NCBI GenBank assembly: GCA_040400605.1
Contig: JBBAPZ010000005.1
Span: forward strand, 64,001 to 128,000
Length of the DNA: 64,000 nucleotides
Direction of reading: 5' to 3'
From: Candidatus Sericytochromatia bacterium
Lineage (GTDB): Bacteria; Cyanobacteriota; Sericytochromatia; S15B-MN24; JAQBPE01
The position numbers and the translations under genes are program-made. How positions within the stretch are numbered: the first letter of the stretch is position 1; each line of letters opens with the position of its first letter. The notes under the pieces were generated by a model. It did no database searches. It saw nothing but the letters and a program-made list of their open reading frames with translations, and had not been told where the DNA came from. Shown in pieces: positions 29,396 to 39,404 of the stretch.

Positions 29396-30190
29396 GTGTT
29401 GAAGGCCGTCAGCAGTGTTTCCAATCCAATGGTGAAGCGTTTGCGGGCGTTGTCTGCACGCAAGGGACGTCAGGCTGAAGGCGCTTTTTTGATTGAAGGA
29501 ACCAAGTTGTTGGCGGAGGCTTTGCAGTCCGGTCAGCATATTGAGTGTGTGATGGCGTCGGATGCGTGGTGGCAAGCGCATGGTGCAACGCTTCCGTTGA
29601 GTGAGGCGGGAGCAGCATGTTTTGATGTGAGCCAGGCGGTTCTGGAGGCGATCGCGACGACCCGCACGCCGGATCCCGTCGTTGCGATGGTGCGTTTGCC
29701 CCAGCCCGTATATCCTCAATGGAAGGCTGGCGAGTGGATTGTCATTGCGCATCAGTTACAGGATCCTGGCAACCTGGGCACGATTATACGCGCCGCGGAT
29801 GCTTCAGGCGCATTGATGGTGGTTGTCACGGATGACAGTGTGGATCCATTCAGTCCCAAGGTGGTCCGTGCCAGCATGGGCTCATTGTTTCACTTACCGG
29901 TTGTGCGCCTGTCCATGCCGGCGTTTCGTGCACATTATGCGACGTGTCCCATTTATGCGCTCGTTCTGGACGGTGATGCCGCGCTGTATGATTGCGACTT
30001 GCGCGCCGGGGGGGCATTTTTGGTCGGCAATGAAGGGTCAGGATTGCCTCCGGCTGAACGCCAGTTGTCAACGCGCCGTGTCAGTATTCCAATGCCCGGT
30101 CAGTCTGAGAGTTTGAATGCAGCCATGGCGGCGACAGTCTGTCTGTTCGAAGCAGTGCGACAAAAACGTGCTGGTGCAAAAGTTTGTTAG
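29396..30190 (+). CDS. TrmH/SpoU family RNA methyltransferase
   Basis: S..NP.VK, LQDPGNLGTIIRAADA, PKVVRASMGSLF, GNEGSG, ESLNAAMA. Confidence 0.92.
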   Translation: MLKAVSSVSNPMVKRLRALSARKGRQAEGAFLIEGTKLLAEALQSGQHIECVMASDAWWQAHGATLPLSEAGAACFDVSQAVLEAIATTRTPDPVVAMVRLPQPVYPQWKAGEWIVIAHQLQDPGNLGTIIRAADASGALMVVVTDDSVDPFSPKVVRASMGSLFHLPVVRLSMPAFRAHYATCPIYALVLDGDAALYDCDLRAGGAFLVGNEGSGLPPAERQLSTRRVSIPMPGQSESLNAAMAATVCLFEAVRQKRAGAKVC

Positions 30191-30232
30191 AATGGAAACG
30201 GTCCTCGTGGGCTTGCAGCGTTGGGGTGAGTA

Positions 30233-31192
30233 GTGCGCGTCACGTATTTGGATGACCCTTGGAAAGATTTGACCCCGTTGTTTGCTGGGTCGGTTGTGGC
30301 CATTGGCGTGTTTGATGGCTTGCATCCGGGGCATATGACGGTTCTGGAAACGGCACGCGAACTGGCTCGGGAGCGTCAGTGTCCGTGTTGCGTGTTCACG
30401 TTCGTCGAGCATCCGCGTACCGTCTTGTTCCCTGACAATCCGGTGCCCCTCCTGACACCGTGGCCTGAAAAGCTGGCGTTGTTGGAAGCGAGTGGCGTTG
30501 ATGCGTGCGTCGCGGCTCATTTTACAGAGGCGATCGCACGAATGAGTCCGGAGGAGTTTGTCCAACGGGTGTTGGTTGAATGGCTTCAGGTCAGGGCTGT
30601 TGTGACGGGTTTTAATTTCCGATTTGGGCGTGATCAAGCCGGGGTGCCAGCCCGATTGGTTTCTTTGGGTGAACGGGCGGGATTTGATGTTGTGATCGTG
30701 GAACCGCAGCAGGCATTTGATGGGGATGCCGCGTGGCTGCTAAGTTCGTCGCATTTGCGACACCTGCTTGGTGAGGGCGAGGTTGCGACCGCGGCGCGTT
30801 TAGCCAAGCGGCCTTATTGTTTGGCGGGTGAGGTTGTCCATGGGGACAAGCGCGGACGGCAGATTGGATTTCCGACCGCCAATTTGTTGATTGACCCCCA
30901 GAAGTTGTTGCCGGCACACGGGGTTTACGCTTGTTGGGTGTGTTGGGCGGGCCAGAGAAGGCCGGGTATTGTAAATATTGGCGTGCGTCCCACCTTCGGT
31001 TCACCGCGCTTGGTGATTGAAGCGCACGTGTTTGATTGGTCCGGTGATCTCTACGGGGCAACGTTGACGCTTGAGTTGGTCTCCCGTATTCGTGCTGAGC
31101 GTGCGTTTTCTGGCATTGCCGAGCTGGTTGAGCAAATCACCCAGGACTGTGACATTGCCCGAGCGTCTCTTGGCACGTGTCACGTGGTGTGA
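30233..31192 (+). CDS. ribF: Bifunctional riboflavin kinase/FAD synthetase
   Basis: IGVFDGLHPGH, GFNFRFG, SSS..R, GRQIGFPTAN, NIGVRPTF. Confidence 0.95.
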   Translation: MRVTYLDDPWKDLTPLFAGSVVAIGVFDGLHPGHMTVLETARELARERQCPCCVFTFVEHPRTVLFPDNPVPLLTPWPEKLALLEASGVDACVAAHFTEAIARMSPEEFVQRVLVEWLQVRAVVTGFNFRFGRDQAGVPARLVSLGERAGFDVVIVEPQQAFDGDAAWLLSSSHLRHLLGEGEVATAARLAKRPYCLAGEVVHGDKRGRQIGFPTANLLIDPQKLLPAHGVYACWVCWAGQRRPGIVNIGVRPTFGSPRLVIEAHVFDWSGDLYGATLTLELVSRIRAERAFSGIAELVEQITQDCDIARASLGTCHVV

Positions 31193-31560
31193 CCGGCTTG
31201 CTGCCTGTTCGTTGATTTGAACTGGCGTGTTTATGGCCACGGCACTGGGTCCAGGCAATTCGATTGAACGCAGTGATGGCGTCCCAGGCAACTAAAAGGT
31301 GCCTATCTTCATCGCGTTGGTAAAGCGAATAAAACCAAGCGATACGCACCATATTTCAAGCGCAAATAGCGTGGACACGAAGGGACAACGTCACTTTCGA
31401 CCCGCAGTCTGCGCTGGCTGCGTCATGCTTCCCGAGTTGGCTGTTTTTTATCTTAATTAAGTTTTAACAAATGCTTAGTGTTTTTGGAACTAATTTGTAA
31501 CGCGACGTGGCGAAAAGCGTTGGGTGAGTGTGTCAGGGTGACAGGAAGTGAGGAAGACTG

Positions 31561-32457
31561 ATGATTAAGGCGAACTTGTTGGCGGTGAAGCCGGTGAATC
31601 AAATGGTCACATCGCAGCGTCAAGTGAGTGTGGGTGTTAGCCCGTCGAAGTCGAAGCAGGATGAATATCAGCCGGGTGCTGCTTCTCAGTTTTATTACCG
31701 TGGTATCAGTCAGGGGTATCAGGTGAATTGGAGCAGCGATGATTTAAGCGCTGGGCGGGCCCAGGATATGTCTCAGACCGAGCCGTCCTACAGTGCCAAG
31801 GAGTCGCTGGAAGCGGTCTGCAAGAAACCGGGTGGTGATGACTGGGCGTGCACGGGTGAGCGTCGCAGCCTTGTGAAGCTGGCGGCACAGGTTGGGAAGT
31901 ATCTGAGTGTTGACCAGTTGGACACGGGGTACGTGCCGGGTGCTGCGCATGATTGGAGCACCCGTTATTTGCAGACCATCAATCTGGATACGGGCAAGCC
32001 GGTTGCGTTGACGGATCTCTTTCCGGAGAAGGCTATTTTTAGCGCGTTGATGAATGACCCGGTGATTAAACAGGCACTGGCATCCGAGCGTGTGAAAGAA
32101 CGTCTGAATGGCAAGTCTCCCGCGAGCCTAACAGAACTGAAGCAGGCCGTGGCGGGGTGGGTTTCGCCAGATGGGCGATTTTCTTTGGATGGGTTGGGTG
32201 ACCACTTCACGTTCCATCACTTGAAGGGGGAGCAAGTGGCGGTGCGGCTATCGTTGCCCTACGGGGTTGAAGCTTATCGGGGGACGATGTCTCAACTGGG
32301 ACTATACTTGCCAATTCCTGCCGGCTTGGAAACTGAGCTCAAGCGGGCGGCTGCGACGGAGGACGGCACGGGTCGCAAGGCTGGCATGCTGTGGTCAGAA
32401 GCGGAACAAAAATTTGGCAATCGCGAAACCTACTTTGAACTGCCGCCCGCCCGATAG
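31561..32457 (+). CDS. Hypothetical protein, weakly resembling RsiV/DUF3298 (PdaC-like) domains
   Basis: GY..GAAH and TINLDTGKPVALTDLF motifs; GAGG-type RBS; no classical signal peptide. Confidence 0.5.
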   Translation: MIKANLLAVKPVNQMVTSQRQVSVGVSPSKSKQDEYQPGAASQFYYRGISQGYQVNWSSDDLSAGRAQDMSQTEPSYSAKESLEAVCKKPGGDDWACTGERRSLVKLAAQVGKYLSVDQLDTGYVPGAAHDWSTRYLQTINLDTGKPVALTDLFPEKAIFSALMNDPVIKQALASERVKERLNGKSPASLTELKQAVAGWVSPDGRFSLDGLGDHFTFHHLKGEQVAVRLSLPYGVEAYRGTMSQLGLYLPIPAGLETELKRAAATEDGTGRKAGMLWSEAEQKFGNRETYFELPPAR

Positions 32458-32669
32458 CTGGACTCAGCCACAATCTCGTCACTTCTTGCTGGGCGGTGGT
32501 GCAAGGTTGCAGCCATCGCCTGCGTTTTTAAGCCCCACTTCGAGAGTTCACCATAAAAACGCAAGCACTGACCGAATCGTCCCATTACACAACACCGCTT
32601 TATCGCAGACCTTTGCTGTACAGGTTTTAAGCGAACCCCGTGCGTCACTGTACCGCGCGATTTTAAGTG

Positions 32670-35573
32670 CTAGTCAGGCAACGGAACACGCTTGATTTGG
32701 TTGTTCCAGATGTCGCCGATTACCAGGTGAGATTGCGCGTCCACTATCATGCTGGATGGCACACCGAGCGCATTCACACCGTAACGGTCACTCAGTATGA
32801 CTGCTCCCGGACCCGCGAGGTAATCAACCATCGGTTCGCTTGCTTTAAGGTCAATGCGTTGGATAGTCGGCATAATCGGGGGCAGTCCGGTAGGGAACTC
32901 GATACCGAGAGAACCCGCCAAACGGGTGAGGATTGTTCCAGCAGAGCCAATGTAGAGCCGATCCTCAGCGTCAACATGCACTGAAAATGGCAGGACCACG
33001 GCATCTTGGAGTGGTGTTCGCGCCGACGGCTTGAAGTCAGGGGTTTGCGTGACGATCGCCAGCGTCTCAATCAGTGCCTTGCCGATCAACGTTCGGGTCG
33101 TGCGTTGCGGATCATTCATGGCGACTCGCAACACCCGCATATTGCCTGTATCAGCGACATACAGATTACCTTTGCTGTCGAAGTCCAATCCCATAGGCGC
33201 ACGCAGTCGCATATCCCTGGCCGGACTCACAGCGCCCCCATCCGCCAAGGTACTGGATTGGCGTCCCGGTTCACCCACAATAACTTCAATTTGGCCATCG
33301 GGGTTGAGACGACATACGACGTTGTAGGTGAAGTCTGTCCAATAAGGGCGATCGTCTGATCCCACCACCATACTCCGCGCGTTACCAAAGCTTACTTGGG
33401 TAGCCGGCTTGCCAACGACATCAAATGGTTTGGCGGTTGCACTTAGTCCGTCGCCGGCCATCACATCGATCGCACCTTTGGGGTCGATGCGGAACAGGCG
33501 CGGGCGGTCCCCTGCCAGTACCCACAAGTTGCCCTGTCTGTCGTAATCCAACGCGGCGGGCGCTTGCAACTCGGTCAAGCGAGTTTCACCACCAAGACGG
33601 GCCTGTATCTCACCGCCATGCAGGACATCGACTTGGGCCCCTCGCAGGGCTTTGATCGTTCCCCCAGCCACCTCGGTGAACAAGAGTGTCTGGCGATCAG
33701 GCGACAAAGTGAGCCCCCCCGGCGCATTGACCGCCAAGGCCTGCGCCTGCCCAATCTGATTCAGGGCGAGAGAACCTGCCACTATGCGCGGTGGTGCATT
33801 TAAAGCGCCCAGATCGTATTCGTACACCAAGGCTTGCGCAGCAGCACACGCGATCAGCTTGTTCCCAAGGCCCAACACAGTGCCATTCAATGATTCATTC
33901 AACAAAAGCTGACGCGTTCCGGATGGACCCACGCGCCAGAAACGTTTGTTTCTTCCGGATTCGGCCACATACATGCCCCCCGCATCGTCCGGTCTTAAAT
34001 AGCCGCCGAAATCGGTGGTGATATAAATCTGATCAAGCATGACTTGCCAGGCTTTACTGATGGGATCAAGGCGCCACAGTGCGGCTTTGTTAAGGACCCA
34101 GAGTGCACCATCCGATGCAACGCCAACAGACAGGAATAATTGACTGGTCAGGGCAGGCGGGCTGTCCACGCGATGCATCAAGCCATCTGTATCCAAACGC
34201 AACAAACGGTTCTCGTCTGTCAGATAGATGGTGCCATCTTCAGCCAACGCCACGCCCCTTGGATTGTTAAGTGGGCTCTCCGTGGCCCGAGCAGGAAGTT
34301 CGCCCTGCCCGGCTTGTCCGGTGCCTGCCAAAATCTTGACCCGTTTGTCCGGCGTGATTCGAATCAGCCGGTTGCCCTGTGGCTCACTCAAAACCAGGCT
34401 GCCATCCGGTTGCGCAATCAAATGCTGAATGCCAGAAAAACCCACTAATTCAGCATCTGCATCCTGCGTGGCCGTGACCTCCCACCGTTCGCCAGCATAA
34501 GTCGAGATAACGCCCGCTGGTGTCACTTTGCGAATGCGTCCGACCGCCTCGGCGATGTAGAGATTGCCTTGCGCATCTTGTGCAACATCGACTGGCAGAC
34601 CCAAGGGAACCTGGTTTGCAGGCAGGCCTGAACCCAGGTTTTCTTGACCCAGTAGCAACAGGGCTTTGACGGTTTCGAGCGTCTGATTGAGGCTTTCATC
34701 CGCCCGGCGCAAATCGGTCACCGCACTGCGGATGTTGTCCTCATCGTAGTTCGGTCGTGTTTTCAGCAACTTTCGCGCCGCATTCACATCACGCAATAGC
34801 GCCGTATTGACTTCCGCCGACATCCGATTAAGGACCGTGTTGTTGCCCTTCACGTATTCGCCGAGCACATAACCACTTGCCAGCGAGCTGCTCGTATCGA
34901 TGGGAACGTTCAGCTGCGCCTGATTGGGAATCAATAACGCACGCAACTCGCCTTGTTCGCCGCCGACATCACGCAACAGGCGCACACGCAACACGGCGTT
35001 TGCTTTGGGCAAAGTGGCACTCAGCGTGTATTCACCATTTTGATTCGAAACTGCCTGAATCGGATTGCCATCGGCAGCCTTCAGCGGTTGGCCTGACGCA
35101 TCGACGACCTCGATCAGTGCTTCTGCCAAACGGTCTTCTGGCGCCGCGTTTTGAGACAACAGGCGATATGCCTTATTCAAGGCGCCTGCACCATTGTTGG
35201 ATATGAGACCAGTGCCTTGCGTGACCAAACCTGCCCCGTTGTTTGAGATCAAGTTGCCACTGTTGTTGGAGATGATCCGCCCGGTTTCTTGGGGTATTCC
35301 CCCCGCGCCATTGTTTGCCAGTAGTTTGACGCCAAAGTCGGTCGTCAGTCGCACCACTCCCCGCACCGTTAACTGGATGCTTGCTTGATTGGGGTTGTCC
35401 AAAGGGTTTACCTTGACGGTCGAGGTTCCGTTGCCAGCCGATTTCGGCAATTTGCTCACGCCAGGCAAAGCATTTTGGCAGCCAAGCAACAATAGGCACG
35501 AGAGGATCGCAACACTGCCCAGGCGCCTGTTGCGTGATTGGGGCAGGCCAGGAAACTGTGATTCTCGATTCAT
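32670..35573 (-). CDS. Large NHL-repeat beta-propeller lipoprotein with Asn/Gly repeats (paralog 1)
   Basis: Lipobox LLLGC, IISNNSGNLISNNGAG repeats, many NHL blades (P.GL.FDSKGNLYVADTGNMRVLRV). Confidence 0.85.
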   Translation of the reverse strand: MNRESQFPGLPQSRNRRLGSVAILSCLLLLGCQNALPGVSKLPKSAGNGTSTVKVNPLDNPNQASIQLTVRGVVRLTTDFGVKLLANNGAGGIPQETGRIISNNSGNLISNNGAGLVTQGTGLISNNGAGALNKAYRLLSQNAAPEDRLAEALIEVVDASGQPLKAADGNPIQAVSNQNGEYTLSATLPKANAVLRVRLLRDVGGEQGELRALLIPNQAQLNVPIDTSSSLASGYVLGEYVKGNNTVLNRMSAEVNTALLRDVNAARKLLKTRPNYDEDNIRSAVTDLRRADESLNQTLETVKALLLLGQENLGSGLPANQVPLGLPVDVAQDAQGNLYIAEAVGRIRKVTPAGVISTYAGERWEVTATQDADAELVGFSGIQHLIAQPDGSLVLSEPQGNRLIRITPDKRVKILAGTGQAGQGELPARATESPLNNPRGVALAEDGTIYLTDENRLLRLDTDGLMHRVDSPPALTSQLFLSVGVASDGALWVLNKAALWRLDPISKAWQVMLDQIYITTDFGGYLRPDDAGGMYVAESGRNKRFWRVGPSGTRQLLLNESLNGTVLGLGNKLIACAAAQALVYEYDLGALNAPPRIVAGSLALNQIGQAQALAVNAPGGLTLSPDRQTLLFTEVAGGTIKALRGAQVDVLHGGEIQARLGGETRLTELQAPAALDYDRQGNLWVLAGDRPRLFRIDPKGAIDVMAGDGLSATAKPFDVVGKPATQVSFGNARSMVVGSDDRPYWTDFTYNVVCRLNPDGQIEVIVGEPGRQSSTLADGGAVSPARDMRLRAPMGLDFDSKGNLYVADTGNMRVLRVAMNDPQRTTRTLIGKALIETLAIVTQTPDFKPSARTPLQDAVVLPFSVHVDAEDRLYIGSAGTILTRLAGSLGIEFPTGLPPIMPTIQRIDLKASEPMVDYLAGPGAVILSDRYGVNALGVPSSMIVDAQSHLVIGDIWNNQIKRVPLPD

Positions 35574-35616
35574 AATGTACGTATACCCGCCATCGGTAAA
35601 ACCTTAAACGGTTACA

Positions 35617-35725
35617 CGAACCATCAATGTCACTGCTCGGTTGAACTGTCTCGAGTGGACGTTCAAAGCAGATGCACCACGGCCCGCCGATACGAACCGC
35701 TTTTTTGAAACGAACAGTTAACGAA
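35617..35725 (+). repeat. Dispersed intergenic element, diverged copy E
   Basis: Starts CGAACCATCA and ends AACAGTTAACGAA, 109 bp. A 32-nt block at the right end matches copy D at 27/32. Confidence 0.6.
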
Positions 35726-35793
35726 GAACCGACAAAGATTCTTGACGGCTGATTGAATGCAGGCATGTGATCAAGAAGGCAGTGGTCAGTGGA

Positions 35794-38700
35794 TCAAAAC
35801 CCTGCTGGCAGCGGTGCCATTTTGATCTGGTTATTGAGGATGTCAGCCACAACGAGCCGTGATTGCTTGTCAATGAGCAACGCACCGGGCGCACCGAGAC
35901 TGTTCAGTCCGTAGCGTTCCTCAAAAATTTTGCCGTTGGGGCCAGCGAGCAATTCGAGCGTGGGTTCATTTGACTTGAGGTCAATCATGCGCACGCACGC
36001 ACTGACCAGCGGCAATTTGATGGGGAAATTGAATTTTGCGAGGCTGGAGGCCTGGTCGAGTCGAACGGTACCCAATTCACCCAAAAACAGGCGATCGCGC
36101 GCATCGATGAACATCGGACCGGGTACGACAATGAGTGCGTCCTTGGCAGCGATACGGGCTGGAATCTGAACCGCGCCATCTTGTTGCAGGCTGCCCAGTG
36201 TCTCGAACAATGAGCGGCCGACCAGTGTGTTCACCAGCCGTTCCGGGCTTTGCATTGACACTTTCAGTACCCGCATGTTTGCGGCATCGCTGAGATACAG
36301 GTCGCCCTTGCTGTCAAACCCAAGGCCATAAGGCATATTGAGTTGCATCTCGCTTGCAGGCTTGTTGCTGCCGTCATTGCCGGGTTTGTTGGGCAGGCTG
36401 CCGTTAGCGCCAACGATCAACTCGAGGCGACCATCCGCGTTGAGGCGACAAACGTGATGATAAACCATGTCCGTCCAGTAGGGCAGGCCATCTGGTCCGA
36501 GCTTGAGCGCAACCGGTTGGCCTAAAGGAACGTCGAGGGCGGACTTGCCTTCGATGTTGAATGCGACACCACGGTAGGTGGTGCCACTGCCCGCCATCAG
36601 GGTGGCTCGTCCTTGGGGATCGATGCGCACCAATTGCGGATCGTCACCAATGAAAGCCCAGAGATTTCCTTGGGCATCATAATCGACGGCGACAGGCGCA
36701 ATGGTTGTTACGGTGCGTTCAGCACCGTTAGCATTAACCGTTAAGGTGTTGCCCAGAATCGTGCTGACCGTTTGATTCTGAAATCGCTTGATGACGGCCC
36801 CCACCACTTCCGTGTAGAGCAACCCTTGCCCGTCCGGCGTCGATGCCATGCCACCCGGAGCATTGACGCCCAATGCCTGCGAAGAACCTGTTACAAAAAC
36901 GCTTTGGGTACCAGCTACCGTACGGGGTAACGTATTGGCGTCGTTGAGATCGAATTCGCGGATCAACCCACCCGCGTCACAAACCAACATCTTGTTATCG
37001 GGTCCGATCCAGAAACCAAACGGTTGCACGACACCACGAAGCGTTTCCAGGTTGGTTGGTTCACTGCCGGTCAGGCCAATCGGCGCAAGCGTTACATTGG
37101 TTTGGGCATCTGGGGCCACGTGCAAAATTTTGAGTTGGCCGGCCATCGACAGATAAACCCCACCTCGCGAATCCGGTTGCAGGTAGCCACCCAAACCCAA
37201 GTCCAAATCGACTGCCATCTGACGCCACGTCAAACTGGCTGGATCCCGTCGCCACAAGCTATAACCGTTCGCAGCCCACAACGCGCCATCTGAACCGAAA
37301 CACAGACACTTCGCACCGGTTTTGTCACCGTCGAAAGGGTTGCTGACAAAGTGCAGGATGCCACTGCGATCCAGACGCAACACACGATTCTTTTCTGTCA
37401 GGTAGATATCGCTATCCGGTGACAGCGCAAGCCCTTCCGGGTAAAGCAGACGGGTCTGCTTAGCCGGCGCAGGCAGCGTGTCTTGGCCTGGTTCACCGGT
37501 TCCGGCAGCGAATTTGACCCGTCCGTCGCTTGTGATGCGAATCAGGCGGTGCCCGAGTCGCTCAGTGAACAAGAGGCTGCCATCCGGTTCGATGACCAGG
37601 CGGTGGATATTCTTGAAACCGACTTCATTGGCACTCACACCTTCTTGCACGGGTTTATCCCATTGCTCGCCCGCATAGGTTGAAATGATGCCATCTGAGC
37701 CAATCTTGCGAATCCGGCCGACTTGCTCCGCGATCAATAGATTGCCGGCGGGATCGCGAACCACATCCACCGGCAAGGTCAACGGCACACGCGTCGCACT
37801 CATACCACTGCCGAGATTCTCTTGCCCCACCAGCAATAGCGCTTTGACCTTCTCAAGGGTACGATCCAGCGTCGCATCCGATTGCCGCAAGTTTGCCACC
37901 ACGGAACGCAAGCCGCTTTCATCATAATTCGGTTTGTCTTTCAACAATTGCCGTGCAGTGTTGACATCACGAAGCAACTCGGCATTGGCATCCGCTGGAA
38001 GCCGGTTGAACACCTCCTGACGACCCTTGACGTACTCACTTAACACATAACCGGTGGCCAAGGAACTGGCCGTATCAATGGGTGCATTGATTTCACGGGG
38101 CTCCGTGCCCGGTACCACCATGGTTCGCAGCTCACCATTGGCGCCTCCAAGTTTGGCCAGCAAGCGCACACGCAAGATGAAGTTGTCTTTGGGCACCGTG
38201 GCGCTGAGCGTATACTCACCGGTTTTGGACGTTTGAACCTGGATTGGTTTTTTGCTCGCGTCCAGCAGCAACTCGCCACTGGCATCAACCGCTTCCACCA
38301 GCGCTTCCGCCAACCGATCCTCCGGTGTCACCGCCTCGGACAGCAGCCTGAACGGTCTGGCTGTCAAACCACCACCGTTGTTGGAGACCAGCCCACCACC
38401 GTTATTTGAGACCAAGCCGCCACTGTTGTTGGATACCAAGCCACCGCCGTTGTTTGACACCAGATTGCCACTGTTGTTCGAAATGATGCGTCCGGTTTCA
38501 CCGGATACGGTGCCGCCGCCGTTATTGGAAACCAGATTGACCCCAAAGTCGGTGGTTAACCTTACCACCCCGCGCAAAGTCATGCGAACGCCATTTTCAA
38601 CCACCCGGCCACTCAGACTTTGGGTCGAGACGCCTTTGGCTTGGGCGCGAACGGCTGATGGCCGCGATGCCTTTACAACCGCCATTTGGGTCTGACACCC

Positions 38701-38811
38701 ACTCAGCGCCAAAAGTGCAGCCAGCCAACCTGTTAACCAACGTTTGCTCGCTTGCAAGGGGGTTCCTCCACGGATCACGATTGCGCGTAACGCTGTCCGC
38801 ATCCACGACAA
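35794..38811 (-). CDS. Large NHL-repeat beta-propeller lipoprotein with Asn/Gly repeats (paralog 2)
   Basis: Lipobox ALSGC. Colinear with paralog 1 (RGVVRLTTDFGV, PEDRLAEAL, GQENLGSG, DI.NNQIK). Confidence 0.85.
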   Translation of the reverse strand: MSWMRTALRAIVIRGGTPLQASKRWLTGWLAALLALSGCQTQMAVVKASRPSAVRAQAKGVSTQSLSGRVVENGVRMTLRGVVRLTTDFGVNLVSNNGGGTVSGETGRIISNNSGNLVSNNGGGLVSNNSGGLVSNNGGGLVSNNGGGLTARPFRLLSEAVTPEDRLAEALVEAVDASGELLLDASKKPIQVQTSKTGEYTLSATVPKDNFILRVRLLAKLGGANGELRTMVVPGTEPREINAPIDTASSLATGYVLSEYVKGRQEVFNRLPADANAELLRDVNTARQLLKDKPNYDESGLRSVVANLRQSDATLDRTLEKVKALLLVGQENLGSGMSATRVPLTLPVDVVRDPAGNLLIAEQVGRIRKIGSDGIISTYAGEQWDKPVQEGVSANEVGFKNIHRLVIEPDGSLLFTERLGHRLIRITSDGRVKFAAGTGEPGQDTLPAPAKQTRLLYPEGLALSPDSDIYLTEKNRVLRLDRSGILHFVSNPFDGDKTGAKCLCFGSDGALWAANGYSLWRRDPASLTWRQMAVDLDLGLGGYLQPDSRGGVYLSMAGQLKILHVAPDAQTNVTLAPIGLTGSEPTNLETLRGVVQPFGFWIGPDNKMLVCDAGGLIREFDLNDANTLPRTVAGTQSVFVTGSSQALGVNAPGGMASTPDGQGLLYTEVVGAVIKRFQNQTVSTILGNTLTVNANGAERTVTTIAPVAVDYDAQGNLWAFIGDDPQLVRIDPQGRATLMAGSGTTYRGVAFNIEGKSALDVPLGQPVALKLGPDGLPYWTDMVYHHVCRLNADGRLELIVGANGSLPNKPGNDGSNKPASEMQLNMPYGLGFDSKGDLYLSDAANMRVLKVSMQSPERLVNTLVGRSLFETLGSLQQDGAVQIPARIAAKDALIVVPGPMFIDARDRLFLGELGTVRLDQASSLAKFNFPIKLPLVSACVRMIDLKSNEPTLELLAGPNGKIFEERYGLNSLGAPGALLIDKQSRLVVADILNNQIKMAPLPAGF
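38368..38487 (-). repeat. Five tandem 24-bp coding repeats encoding (L/I)(V/I)SNN(G/S)G(G/N)
   Basis: Units start at 38368, 38392, 38416, 38440 and 38464 and differ mostly at synonymous sites. Confidence 0.9.
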
Positions 38812-38912
38812 TCAAACCGGAATGGCAGGGTTACCCTAACCAGGTTTGCCTGCTTCCAACTTTTTATACCACTGTTGGATGTTTTCTAAGCGTGTGAGGA
38901 CGTGGGGAAACC

Positions 38913-39020
38913 GGAACCATCAGATTGACCAATCGGTCTGCCTGAGTCCTGCACTTTCATGACGGAAAAAGACCACGCAATGGTGCCACCGACCGCCGAA
39001 TGTTAAAAACATTTAACGAA
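38913..39020 (+). repeat. Dispersed 108-bp intergenic element, copy A
   Basis: Ungapped alignment to copy B (87/108) and copy C (93/108). Confidence 0.9.
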
Positions 39021-39135
39021 TGGCTGCCTATGGCTGGCTAAACCCATTGCTGGCTGCAATCACCATGCCGTTGAGCGCCTTGGCGGTCATTTTACACACC
39101 GGGCGCTTGAAACAGTTTCGAGAGGGAAGCTAACT

Positions 39136-39300
39136 TTGGGGCTGACCATTTTGATGATTCTGACCATGCTGGCAACGGCTCTCGGTGTCATGGCGTTGTT
39201 TGCGTGGGCTGTTCGTGCGGGTCAATTTGAGGATTTGGATGATTCGGCCCAGCGAATGCTACACGACGACAATCAATCCCGTTCTGATATTCAACGGTGA
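39136..39300 (+). CDS. ccoS: cbb3-type cytochrome oxidase assembly protein CcoS/FixS (54 aa, absent from ORF track)
   Basis: Translates to MGLTILMILTMLATALGVMALFAWAVRAGQFEDLDDSAQRMLHDD..., with the CcoS WA...GQF.DLD..A.R.L.DD signature. GAGGG upstream of the TTG start. Confidence 0.85.
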   Translation: MGLTILMILTMLATALGVMALFAWAVRAGQFEDLDDSAQRMLHDDNQSRSDIQR

Positions 39301-39404
39301 AGACCGGAACAGGACCGGTCTGTTGTGCTAAACGCGTCGACTTAGCCCCTCAATGCGACTGATTGGGTGACTATGAGACGAATGAGGCGCCCTCGCGCGG
39401 GCGT

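Noticed and set aside
39011..39077. Integron attC site (ATTTAAC ... GTTGAGC)
   Set aside because: The inner L boxes do not pair, other element copies lack the partner site, and no intI is present.
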